From assembly GCA_013152815.1 (NCBI GenBank), contig JAADFO010000076.1:1-23202 (forward strand): a DNA stretch of 23,202 nt, written 5' to 3'. The notes beneath the pieces are model-generated. The model was not told where the DNA came from and made no database searches. It saw only the letters and a list, made by a program, of their open reading frames with translations. How positions within the stretch are numbered: position 1 is the stretch's first letter; every line of letters starts with the position of its first letter. The stretch comes from Nanobdellati archaeon. GTDB lineage: Archaea > Nanobdellota > Nanobdellia > Woesearchaeales > JAADFO01. The translations under genes and the position numbers were made by a program. Positions 9,201-18,900 of this stretch are shown here, one piece after another.

Positions 9201-10199
9201 ACATTCACCCTGACCAACATCGATGACCTCAAGGTCTTGTTCACCGACACCGTGACCTCCAGGACAGGGGCGTTCTGGCAGTACAATACCGGCGGGGTCA
9301 ACCTCGTGGATTCAGGAGACTACAACCTGAGGGTGATCTGTAAAGAGAATCCGGTCAGCCAGAAAGACACGAACTGGAGCATCGCCTACGGAAACCTCAG
9401 CGTCACCCTGCTGAGTCCGACGTCGGCGACCAATGTCACAAGAAATGTCCTGTTCAACATGACCGCCAACGTGAGCTGCACAGGGGGAGAATGTGGCGAT
9501 GTCAACTTCACCCTTGATCCGACAGGGGATTGGTGGGACACCGGCTGGTACAGAAGACGGACGCTCAATGTCACCAACAACAACATCTCGACGGTGCTTG
9601 AAGCGGGGTATACGGTCAATGTCACGGTGGACACGACCGGCCTGGAATTCCTGGACAACGGCAGCGATACCCGTATCGTCTACTGGAACGGGTCCGCATC
9701 CGTCGAATTGGACCGCATCAACACGACGGCATTCAACACACCCACCACCACCCTCCGCTTCAGGCTACAGAAGAACATCTCTGCAGGCGGAGCTGACGCA
9801 AACTACTCTGTGTATTATGATAATCCTTCAGCAGGAGCCCCGCCTGACAACGGCACCAAGGTCTACGTCTTCTACGACGATTTCAGCGAACCCTCCATCG
9901 ATACGGGAAGATGGACCGTCGTCCAGGGAACCTGGACCATCAACACATCGGCCGGAAGCCTCAGACAGATCGCCTCATCTTCAGGGAACCGGGACCGCAT
10001 ACGGATGGCCTATCAGGACAACGACGACTGGGAAGTCAGCTTCCGCATCAGATACTGGGGCAACCGGGAACAGGTCGCGGCGGCCTCATCTTCAAAGGCA
10101 CCCTGGACGGGAACGATGACAGTGCAAATTATCACGCTGCACGGGCAGACGCACGTTCCGCACTGGACCAGGCCCAGAAAGTACGGGGTGATGTCGTAA
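3240..10199 (+). CDS. Giant cell-surface glycoprotein/adhesin, segment 1: signal/TM anchor, MG2/Ig-like domains, FG-GAP propeller, beta-helix, first DUF2341-LamG-like cassette; frameshifted near 10055-10085
   Basis: 2319-aa ORF; hydrophobic RKTGILSVLALALIIIGLTFVGG near the N-terminus; dense N-x-S/T sequons. The last ~40 aa are out of frame relative to the homologous lectin-like domains downstream. Confidence 0.9.
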   Translation: MDNNHRSSDRSSATGARKTGILSVLALALIIIGLTFVGGQSGGANNGADNETIGTVPVGSLSEEGFIPKDIFDLGERVSIDMTGYDSQFLFVAHVTSQGEERSQFAGFSTPYTHYTPRQPGAYLVEIVDPNSRRVEALSSFTVVERIPPVPENRSGQEENRSNRTGQSNPPPDQSDQDQTMIWTDEDEYALGATVIIHLNLSGQHSPMKSLIVGGGGRRQAFVGMRTDRVRFIPRTAGSYDATLTLRDRTVRTATFQVAYAEATAPENRTRTIREVPPEDTFNASFETVSTAIRIEYAGIPVKKIIIGIENITYTYLGVPKEVTTFYPTVEGLYTITAVTDEENFTTQVRVIFGEEPAIIPSEGLDTGKIMIVADKKGSDQELVITKLTPDEKENSRGAPASPDRPKKTRVTIPHGPIQDLIFTDLNISSTLTIRIGDLKKADVVIADEKVVRAYAIDPTALDFAQGSFTTVAKGKELWKCADFNFSTQTCPSSWAKVRDLTPGQPYTVVFNATDPGYAETGVASINTRKPIYHPDETAEIIMVVLDTDGHLVEGARVNLTITAPGGMSSLLSTSFTGHDSVSETSRGVYEASFNRTAQEGNYSLEVSATAPGVNSSMISHFTVQQDYPYDIIRSMPVTVDPWKGPYHTSITITSHRDSVFSFTEELPVNFTVNRTGGAQETVAAGKRYLTWTGLSNGSSISYDAQAPLFTPDLYALGPSTVTDSRGSVQEARPWYLAIDPAAGEFDVRIYIYDTQNNANAADDTLVYSISRLGRKLNGTSQFLGNIANLTANTTYVVEVQIATGEAYQIDADQIRETTIMAQHRFGLSDTAGVKEYLINTTLVPDDGPTTHDIFVSTTHNVDYTVDANTGEVGHIAGDLDIAALVDVADDLQWYPNDGTPDVGEWTENDVDTNVGTLRNQIVVAGDLDNDGWMDLVTSNMITGSEDIMVYKNDHTPASSVWSELIADDDTINYAHAVAVGDMDSDGDLDIGEGDEANDIKHLQNDGTPFTGAWTTARVDRNAGLDVHDYVLGDIDNDGDLDALTMVEGTAIQWYANVGTMFTADSWSNAEYVIDSTPGTHATGAGLTNRLALGDFNRDGWLDAVAGTSDPALYLYQNDGTPTTTPWTKYTLDNNDAATSVLGVAVADFDDDGYPDVVVGTGASQIIVFQNDGTPFDGVQWTANTVVANAGSSVPGVVVGDVNFDGRPDIIAAVGSAEDVIWYENDGTPFSGTWTAHTVDSDTYAGGAGVTLSVVAADIDNDNNSNILDFYFNGSEGLENGAGTFAGWNRLDPNTNYSFYFIITPDADWGINESENMTFRAGNESDGNGLWALPEEKMFGALLTPLKFKWEWNINQEVYIPLPPDNPVPSLNSVTEVNYTGDDLTCTATITHPQNNDINVSVQWWNGTTLIGVIDYNNSYGSGTLFNATLGAGNLSQGSTWKCGLRLSDANRSSDWVNSSSVTVYGCNAPSVAGNWDVTGTEVCKDQTITIDGEVNVGSGASLTFYNVTYNMDLTANAQHYFDVLAGGRFNTKNSLMQELDDSNYYIIRQYGNASLVNTTLDNNRVRLYGYHSSSTEITNSSTYLTYLLDNNVKMKVSDSYVYRFYLYVEGGGVVNIDHLNQDVSSINMNITSTTTALTLNMSNVDVSNSGFAVRNDGGTVTINNSNIHYLYHFNDPNDNTYVYNSFIDYLLYYNAQTNGVVTLENISTPYANGTSTNITRSFRTSDADNEINLTNVGMTGFMIYTQGTNTKSNIINSRVYRISARGTSFVNITDVNVTHSAFFYETSRTTLVNTDIRASAYVRLYDTAFVNFTQPADDNRIEDLYLYTGAAENPTLAGYVNIVDPIDAWASGNTLNRYFPFNVTYENGTQGEGLNVTIREDGTVINHGLTGPDGMAVLNISADNSGNPAKEYAISVNGVYKTNITMLSNTAPSGIRMTANIYPNITQVGCDIGAGMVNCTSLIYGDTINAVRASCNSTRGGTVKNVTFTLTNIDDLKVLFTDTVTSRTGAFWQYNTGGVNLVDSGDYNLRVICKENPVSQKDTNWSIAYGNLSVTLLSPTSATNVTRNVLFNMTANVSCTGGECGDVNFTLDPTGDWWDTGWYRRRTLNVTNNNISTVLEAGYTVNVTVDTTGLEFLDNGSDTRIVYWNGSASVELDRINTTAFNTPTTTLRFRLQKNISAGGADANYSVYYDNPSAGAPPDNGTKVYVFYDDFSEPSIDTGRWTVVQGTWTINTSAGSLRQIASSSGNRDRIRMAYQDNDDWEVSFRIRYWGNREQVAAASSSKAPWTGTMTVQIITLHGQTHVPHWTRPRKYGVMS
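5871..7025 (+). repeat. FG-GAP/VCBS (integrin-alpha-like) repeats, probably a 7-bladed Ca2+-binding beta-propeller
   Basis: Six full motifs (GDLDNDGWMD, GDMDSDGDLD, GDIDNDGDLD, GDFNRDGWLD, ADFDDDGYPD, GDVNFDGRPD) plus one split motif (GDLDI at the start, ADIDND at the end); most are followed by an NDGTP-like motif and a Trp. Confidence 0.9.
7638..8815 (+). other. Probable right-handed parallel beta-helix (pectin-lyase-like) region of the adhesin
   Basis: Cap-like CNAPSVAGNWDVTGTEVC...GEVNVGSGASLTFYNVT, followed by short Asn/Ser/Ile/Tyr-rich repeats (TEITNSS, VTINNSNI, SNIINSRV, TTLVNTDI). Confidence 0.6.
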
Positions 10200-12995
10200 C
10201 GGCGGACAATGCTTGGAACTTCCCCGGCCTAAACACCTGGATCGACGAGAAAGTGAGAAGCAGCAACAACCAGGTCTCGATGTGGCTCGACAACACCGAA
10301 TACGTGACCTCAATGTACGACTACTCAGGCTATACGACCTACGACTACTTCCATCTGAAGGACAGCGACCTCACCACCAGCGGCCGGGGAGCAGAGTTCG
10401 ATGACGTCATCGTACGGCTCTATCTCGACCCAGAACCCACGGTATCCGCCGGCACAGAACAGACAGGAACAAAGGGTGTCGTCCCCATGAATGCAGGGCA
10501 ACCCTTCTACACCATCACCCAGAACCCCATGGACCCTTCAACCACCGCATGCCTCATCAATATGACCCCGGGAGATTCCTGTGATGTGACCTGGCAGGTG
10601 AACGCCACAGGCACACCGAATACGACAAGGGCATTCTTCACCTACGCCACTTCGTTGAACTACAGCGACAACATCAGCCAGGCAAACTCATCAAGGATAA
10701 ATATCACCATCATCGCAAATCAGCCGCCGGTGGCCGGGAGCATCTCGCTCATCCCCGCAACTCCGAGCGTTAGCCAGGACCTCAACTGCTCTTTTTCCGT
10801 ATCTGATCCGAACAGCGCCGATACGCTGAGCGTCAATGTCACCTGGTACAACGGCAGCGACCCCGTCATCTCTTATCTCCTGGGCGTGAGCAACGGCGTC
10901 CAGAGCCATACCCTGCTCGCCTCGGGCAACACCTCGGCAGGGGAGACCTGGAGCTGCGGCATCCGACCCTATGATGCCCTGGTCTGGGGGACACAGATAA
11001 ATTCCTCGGGCGTTACCGTCCAGACATCTCTGCCTCCGATTATCAGCGACATCCAATGCCAAGAGATCTCCTCTGGATGGGGTCCCTGCTCGGACATAGG
11101 CTTCGGTGAGACGCTCACCAGGGTACGAGTCAACTGCACCGACCCGGACAGTGGAGGGTCTGTAGCCAACGTCACCTTCAACCTGACCAACATCGAGGAT
11201 GCAGAACTCTTCTTCAGCAACCTCACGACCAACCTCTCCGCAGGGTACCTGGTCCTTGATCATCAGGACCTGACCATAGACGATTCGGGCGGTTATAATC
11301 TCACCGTGAGCTGCACGGACATCAACAGTAGCAACTCGATAAACAGCACCCTCTGGCATGTCCCCTGGGGCGTCATGACCGCCCAGCTGGTCAGCCCTGC
11401 CGTGAACGGAAACGTGACCAGATACCGTTTCTTCAACATGACGACCAACGTGACCTGCACCGGCGGGGAGTGCGGCTATCTGAATGCCACACTCGACCCG
11501 TCCCATTGGTGGGATGAGAACTGGGGCCATCGAAAGAGGATCAATGTCACCAACAACAACATCTCGACGGTGCTTGAAGCAGGGTATACGGTCAACATCA
11601 GCATGAACACGACCGGGACAAAGTTCCTGGACAACGGCAGCGACGTGCGCGTGGTGTATTTCAACGGAAGCGTCAACACAGAATTGGACCGCATCAACAC
11701 GACGGCATTCAACAGCTCGACGACCCGGATCAGGTTCAAGCTCCAGAAGAACATCTCAGCCAGCGGCTTCGATGACGGCTACTATGTCTACTACAGCAAT
11801 CCTTCAGCAGGAGCGCCGCCTGTCAACGGAACCAAGGTCTACGTCTTCTACGACGATTTCAGCGAACCCTCCATCGATACGGGAAGATGGACCGTCGTCC
11901 AGGGGAACTGGGACATCGACACCTCGGCCGGAAGCCTCAGACAGACCTCTTCATCCTCAAGCAACCGGGACCGCATACGGATGGCCTATCAGGACAACGA
12001 CGACTGGGAAGTCAGCTTCCGCATCAGATACTGGGGCAACCGGGAACAGGTCGCTCATCTTCAAAGGCACTGCGAACGGGAACATAGCTGCGACATACCA
12101 CGCCGCCCGTCCGGATGCCCGGGCCGCGCAGGACCAGGCCCAGAAGGTACGAGCCAACGTCGCGACCGTAGACAACTCATGGAACTTCCCCGGGATCGGC
12201 ACCTGGATCGACGAGAAAGTGAGAAGCAGCAACAACCAGGTCTCGATGTGGCTCGACAACACCGAATACGTCACCTCATTCTACGACTACTCGGCCTACA
12301 CGACCGATGACTATTTCTTCGTCAAGAACAGCGACCTGGTCTCCACCAGCGACCGGGGAGCAGAGTTTGATGACGTCGCCATACGACTCTACCTCGAACC
12401 TGAACCTTCTGCCCCTCTCGGAACCGAAGAACAGGCCTCAAAAGGCATCATACCCATGAATGCTGGCACTCCATTCTACACGACATCATCAAACCCCCAT
12501 GACAGCTCAAGCGTCGGCTGTCTTGCGAACATGATATCCGGAGACAGCTGTGAGACGGCCTGGGAAGTCAACGCCACCGGAGATGAGGGCTCCACCTGGC
12601 TGTTCTTCGCCACCTATGCATCGATGAACTATACGGCGAACGTGAGCGAGGCCAGGACCAGCATCATCAATCTGACCATCATAGGCAACGTACAGCCGAC
12701 GGTACAGACGACCAGCCTCTCCCCGGCGGTCCCGACCGACCTCCAGGACCTGAACTGCACCTTCAACGTGACCGACCCCAATGCAGGAGATACGCTCACC
12801 GTCAACGTCAGCTGGTATAGAGACAACGCCCCGGCCTATTCCGTCGTGATGGGCGTCGATGCGGGAGTGACCGCCAACCATATGCTCGGAGCGGGCAACA
12901 CCTCGACAGGGGAGGACTGGCGCTGCGGGGTAACCCCTTCAGACGATTATGTATCCGGCGATCAGATGAACACCTCCAATGTGACCGTCATCAGC
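9060..12995 (+). repeat. Tandem ~1.97-kb (~660 aa) internal duplication (~9060-11030 and ~11030-12995)
   Basis: Offset 1976 nt at the RYWG motif (10053 vs 12029). Identical DNA tracts: 9855-9928 = 11831-11904 (74 nt), 9987-10078 = 11963-12054 (92 nt), 10234-10305 = 12200-12271 (72 nt). Confidence 0.9.
9911..12310 (+). CDS. Giant adhesin, segment 2 (meaningful coding ~10065-12050); continuation of segment 1 rather than an independent gene
   Basis: Begins mid-domain (GRGGLIFKG...) exactly where segment 1 loses sense, and itself loses sense after the second RIRYWG motif; no signal peptide. Confidence 0.8.
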   Translation: MDRRPGNLDHQHIGRKPQTDRLIFREPGPHTDGLSGQRRLGSQLPHQILGQPGTGRGGLIFKGTLDGNDDSANYHAARADARSALDQAQKVRGDVVTADNAWNFPGLNTWIDEKVRSSNNQVSMWLDNTEYVTSMYDYSGYTTYDYFHLKDSDLTTSGRGAEFDDVIVRLYLDPEPTVSAGTEQTGTKGVVPMNAGQPFYTITQNPMDPSTTACLINMTPGDSCDVTWQVNATGTPNTTRAFFTYATSLNYSDNISQANSSRINITIIANQPPVAGSISLIPATPSVSQDLNCSFSVSDPNSADTLSVNVTWYNGSDPVISYLLGVSNGVQSHTLLASGNTSAGETWSCGIRPYDALVWGTQINSSGVTVQTSLPPIISDIQCQEISSGWGPCSDIGFGETLTRVRVNCTDPDSGGSVANVTFNLTNIEDAELFFSNLTTNLSAGYLVLDHQDLTIDDSGGYNLTVSCTDINSSNSINSTLWHVPWGVMTAQLVSPAVNGNVTRYRFFNMTTNVTCTGGECGYLNATLDPSHWWDENWGHRKRINVTNNNISTVLEAGYTVNISMNTTGTKFLDNGSDVRVVYFNGSVNTELDRINTTAFNSSTTRIRFKLQKNISASGFDDGYYVYYSNPSAGAPPVNGTKVYVFYDDFSEPSIDTGRWTVVQGNWDIDTSAGSLRQTSSSSSNRDRIRMAYQDNDDWEVSFRIRYWGNREQVAHLQRHCEREHSCDIPRRPSGCPGRAGPGPEGTSQRRDRRQLMELPRDRHLDRRESEKQQQPGLDVARQHRIRHLILRLLGLHDR

Positions 12996-15900
12996 GCCTT
13001 CGGCTCCATCAACGCCACGCTCTTCACACCCAACCCGAACGGGACCACAGAATATAATGTCAACACCCCCTATCTTGCCAACGCCTCTGTGGCCTGTCTT
13101 GGGCAGTCCGGCCAGATATGCGGACGGGTGAACGCCACCCTACGCTATGAATCAGGAAGCGGCTGGTGGAACGCGAGCTTCCGGAACCGGTGCAAGGTCA
13201 CCCTTACCGAGACCAGGGGCTACGAGAGGACCCATGAACCGGTGATCATCAACGGCAGCCATCTGGAATCAAACTGCGGCGGTTCGGTGCTCTCGGCGAT
13301 GGAACGGTCGATCAGGGTGACCGACAGCGTCGGCAATGAGATCGTGTCCCAGGTGGACGATTGGATCAATGACACCGACCTCAATGACAGCGACGATATT
13401 TTCGACAGCAATGATGAGCTGGTCTTCCTCGCGAACATCACATCGGGAGGGACCGCATCGTTCTATGTGTACTATGATACCTCCTTCAATGATTCAGCAG
13501 CCTATGCCGACGCGCTCTCCGTGAGCTCAACTTCCCTGACACGGACCATCATCGGCGACGGATGGAACGGCACCTACGACCGTAACGACGGAGGCGGAAG
13601 CGCCCGGAGCGGATTCGCCGACTTCTGGATAGCCAATACCGAATACGGGCATGACCTGTATGCCATGATGATGCCCCGGGTGGGATCACTGGACGGCGTG
13701 GATGAGATCTTCACCGACGAGAAGCAGGGACCGGTCCGCTACTATCTCCGTGTGGTCCAGCCCCCTGCGGATTCTGAGACAAGGTATCTCTTCTATCGGG
13801 ACCGCATCTTCATCCATTCCAACTATAGCTCTCAGAGCTTTGTCAACTACATGAATGACGCGGCCGGTAACGTCGCTTCATCAACCGCTGTCAGCGACTA
13901 TGGCTATGACAGCAATTACACCATCCATTGCCGCTCGAGCGACTGCAGCGTCACCCTGGCGAACGAAGCGAGCGGATATGACGACCTGCAGCTGGACGCC
14001 CCCGATGATGAACTGTCGATGTGGGTCACCTTCAACGAATCGAGCAGAGTAGCCGACAACAACATCATCAACTACCCGCTGGTCCAGACATTCGGCAACC
14101 AGGAGAACTACACCTTCGCCACGATCATCAGCAATGTGACGGGAACTTCACCGTTCTATACGGTGAGCCCCCAGCCACAATCATGCGGTGTCATGACCTA
14201 TGGCGACATCTGTTACGTCAACTGGTCTGTCTATGCCACGGGAACGCTGGGTTCGAACTGGAAACTTGACGCCTTCTTCGAATCGAACATCTCCACGCTC
14301 AACACATCGGCAACAGCTGACGCTTTCATCAGCATCACGAACAACACCCCTCCCGTCCTCACGAATCTCACGGTGGCTCCTGCTGCGCTCGGCTACGGGT
14401 ATGATGTCAACATCACCGTGACCGTCACGGACGACGAGAACGCGACAGACAGGGTACTGGTCAACATCACCGTGCCCGACGAAGGAACGACGACCTATAC
14501 CATGACCAACACGTCGCTTACCGGGTACCTTTATACCTTCAACAACACATGGAGATACGGCACCTACAATGTCACGGTCTTCGCCAATGACAGCCACAGC
14601 GCCACTTCCCGGAACAGCACCACCTTCCAGGTCACCGTCAGGGGAGAGATGGAGACCACCACCCTGAACTCGACCTATGGACCGAACGAACTTGTCGATC
14701 TCCTCGGCAAGGGGACGAGGGATAACTGGTGGAACACCTCCTTCGGCTACCGAAAGCCCATCATCGTGACGAACAACGACGCCTCGTCCATGGCAGGAGG
14801 CTACGTCATCGAGATCTCTCTCAATACCACTGAACTCGTGGCAGCAGGAAAGCTCCAGCCCGACTGTGACGACCTCAGATTCGTATGGTACAACGACTCC
14901 AGCGGTATGTTCACAGAGCTGGACAGGATAAACAAGACTGCCTGCAACAGCAGCGAGACAAAGATGCTGTTCGCCACGGCAAAGCCCATCGCAGGGAGCA
15001 GCCAGGACGGGAATTATACGATGTACTATGGCAATGGCTCGGTCGGCGCCGGACCGCAGAACGAATCAAGGATATATCCCCTGAAGGATGATTTCAACAC
15101 GGCCAACGGAAATCCGCCCGGATGGACGGTGGTGAGCGGCACCTGGCAGATCAACAACAACAAGCTCAGAGGGACGAACCCGAGCGGGATCAACGCCGGC
15201 GCGGTCAGGGGCGACACCGCATGGACCGACTATAATTTCACCGTCCAGATGACCTCGGTGGCCGGAGGGACGAGGGCGCCGGGCCCCATCGTCAGGTATC
15301 AGGACTCCAACAACTACTGGTGGTTCGAGTCCTATGGCGGAAGTCTCATCTTCCGGCCCAAGATAGGCGGAGTCGACCAGGGTTGGGTCCAGTCCTTCAG
15401 TGTGAGCAGCGGGTTTCCTGTGGTCGGGACAGAGTACAATCTCACCATCGTGGTCATGGATCAACATGTCGACATGTGGGTAGAGGGCACCCGATACGTG
15501 AACTATGACGTGCCGGTCGCCTATCAGATCTCCGCGGGCAGCGTCGGACTCACCCAGCATACAGGCACCGGAGAGACGGTGGACTTCGACAATGCCCTGG
15601 TCCTGCTGCGGGTGAATGCTTCCCCGTCCACAACCCTAGACGATGAGCAGACCAAGATCGGACTGAAATCCTACATCCTCAACAAGAACACCGGTTCAAA
15701 CACCTTCAAGGGCTATCTTCTCATGCGTGTGCAACGGCTCATCTCCAGCGTCTGGACGAACATCGATGTCCCGGTGGTGGAGGACCTCATCCCGCCGGTC
15801 ACCACCAGAATCTTCACTCCCGGCACGACCCTCTATCTCAACACAACATGGGCAAACGAGGGTTCATGGAACACCCTGCTGAGGACCAACGGCACCTACA

Positions 15901-18900
15901 GGGTACTGGCCCAGCTCACCGACCCGACAGGCTCATTCGTCCTCAAACGTAATGTGAACGACGATTTTGAAGCCACCGCGCCGTTCACCATAGGCAGTCC
16001 CACGCTTCGGGTGCAGAACCTCACCCATGAGAACCTGTTCGATCACGCCGTCAACGAGTATGAAGGAGGGGATACCATAGGCTGGATAAACATCACCATC
16101 ATCAACCAGAACACCACGGCGGTGGGCGCCAACATCACCCTCAACGTCTCAGACTATCTCGGTCAACAGGTCACCTGGGGACCCCACGAGACCCAAAGCT
16201 GCGGAACACTTCTCTACGGAGAAACATGCACCAGACGCTTCGATAATTCGAGTTCTGGCTATGGCATCCCTCTCGACGCGAGCCCGGGCACCTATGACTT
16301 CTCCTGGAACGTCATGATGTCCTCGGCAGTGGGAAACCCTGTCTTCAACAGCTCCAACACCTTCCAGCTACATTATCTTCCGGCAAACTTTACCTCGACC
16401 ATCGATCCTGTCCGCATCTACCAGAACCAGTCGGTGGTCTACAATTTCACCTTCTTCAATCCCTGGTCAAGGAACCTTACCAAGGTGAATGTCACGGTCC
16501 CCTGCCCTGACATCAACGGCATATCCTGCACCTGCCTCGGCACCTCCCTGACCTATTGCAGCCTCGACACGGTCGGAAACAGGTCGACGGTCACCGCAAG
16601 CTTCAACATCTCCACCAACGCATCGACTCCACTGGACACCTACTACGTCAATGCCACGCTCAACTACACCAATCCCGGCGGAGAAGTCCATGTCTGGACA
16701 GAGCAGCAACGACAAGAATTCAGAGTGTCCTTACAGGGCATCCTGGAGACCACCATAACCAATGCTGCAACCACGGTCACAAGGAACAGATTGCTCAACC
16801 TCAGCGGATTCACGAACAACACGGATACCACCTCAGCCAACGGTGTCAACCTCACCTGGACCCTGCCCGGTGGGTGGACGAACCTGACAGGAGGGCTTGT
16901 GGGAATCAATGGCACGCTCGGAGCGGACCGGATCTATTGGCACAACATCACCAGCAACATCTCCCTCCAGGCCCCTCTCGGAAGCCAGACGGTCTATCTG
17001 CGCAGCAACGCCTCTGACAAGACAGGCAACACCGATTCCTGGACCATCGATGTCTATGCACAGCCCCAGGTCGTCAATCTCATCTCAGACAACTACGACC
17101 CCGTCCAGGGAGACACCATCTCATTGCAGGCCACACTCAGATGGGATAACAACACCCCCCTCGAAGGGGTGACCCTCACCATGGCAGACATGACAGCGAA
17201 CATCACCATCGGCTCGGACACGACCGATGCAGGAGGCATCGTGTTCATCGACTACAACATACCTTCAGATTCCAGTGTCGGCAACCACAGCATCAACGCA
17301 TCCTTCGCAGGGATACCTTCCCGATACCTCAGAAGCGCATCCAACACCACCATCATAACGGTCCATCAGGTCACCAACATAAGCGATGTCCAAGCTGCTC
17401 CGTGGGTCATCGGCTATGGAAGAGACGTCGTCATCTCAGCCAACGTCACCGACGGCGACGGCCTGCTCCTGGTCAGGGCCAACGTGACCCTTCCCAACGG
17501 CTCATCCTCCTGGCGCACCATGAGTCTCAGCGGAGGCCTTTATACCGTGACCTTCAACGACACCTGGCTGTTGGGAAGCTACAATTTCAGCGTCTGGTCC
17601 AACGACACGACAGGCGAGATAGGACAGAGCGCAGGCTACCGGTTCAACGTCAGCGTCCAGGGATCGTTGAGGATCGACACCCAATACGCCAACTACACGC
17701 AGAATACCCAGGTCAACCTGACCAGCAATCCGTCATTCTGGTGGAATCCGGACTACCTCCATCGAAAGAGGATCAATGTCACCAACAATGATGGAGGGAC
17801 GATGCCGGCAGGATACACCATGAACCTCAGCGTCGATACCGCTACGCTCGTCGCGGCAGGGAAGATGAACAGCAACTGCTCAGACCTGAGATTGACCTTC
17901 TATAACACCTCGACGAGCAAGGAAGTGGCTTTGGACCGGATCATCGAAAACAGCTGCAATCAGACGAACACCCTGGTATCGTTCCGGATACAGGACCCGA
18001 TCAACCCCAGCGCAAGCGATACAGATTATTATCTGTACTATGGAAACGGCGATCCGGGCAGTCCCCCCGAGAACAAGTCTAACGTCTATTATTTCTGGGA
18101 CCCGTTCAACTATTCAGACGGCACCCTGCCGAACTGGGATGTCGTAACAGGAACATGGACCACCTACCAGGACACCCTGCGAGGCACAAACCCGTCGGGC
18201 CAGAACAACATGGGAGCAAAGGACGGAAACGAGAGCTGGATAAACTATACCCTCGAGGTGAAGATGAAATCAGTCGCCGGCAGCACAAGAGCCCCGGGAC
18301 CCATCGTACGGGCGGCGGACAACGATAATTACTGGTGGCTGGAGAACTACAACGGCCAGATCGTCTTCAGGCCCAAGATAGGCGGAACCGACCAAGGATG
18401 GATAGCGACCTTCACCGTGTTCAGCGGCTATCCGGTTGTCAATACCTGGTACAATCTCACTGTCCAAGCATTGGGGGATCACATCAACATGTGGGTCGAC
18501 GGCACCCAATATGTCAACTATGACGTGAATCCGGCAGACAATGTAGCCAACGGCATGATCGGTTTCACCCAACACACAGGGACAGGAGAGGACGTCCAGT
18601 TCGATGATGCCAAGGTGACCCTGCTCATGGGGACGAGCCCCAGCGGCACCCTCGGCTCTGAGAAGGCCCTCTCTTCAGCTCTCATCGACGGCGGACCGAC
18701 AAACTTCAGCGGCTATCTTTACATGAAGGTCCAATTCAACAACTCAGGGACCTGGCAGGACAAGTCCATCATCGTGGATGATGTCGCAAACCTTGAACTC
18801 CGCGTGGTGAACGCCTCCACCTTCCTCGGACTCAACCCCTTCTGGATCGCCGGAGGCGCCTGGAACACAGGACTCGAGGAGAACGGAGCCTACCGGGTCT

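Noticed and set aside
9911..10060. ATG 9911 as a genuine start of an independent 799-aa gene
   Set aside because: Its first ~50 codons are the off-frame reading of segment 1's lectin-like domain; the same spurious ORF start recurs at 11887 in the second copy.
10050..10090. Small bulge-helix-bulge intron explaining both frameshifts
   Set aside because: No convincing BHB pairing found, and excising enough sequence to cover the 7-nt difference would remove the loop present in the intact homologous heads (SVAGGTRAPGPIV). cDNA sequencing would settle it.
9566..12400. Diversity-generating retroelement template/variable repeat pair
   Set aside because: Differences between copies are not confined to adenines (many C/T and G/C synonymous changes plus indels), both copies are coding, and no reverse transcriptase is in the window.
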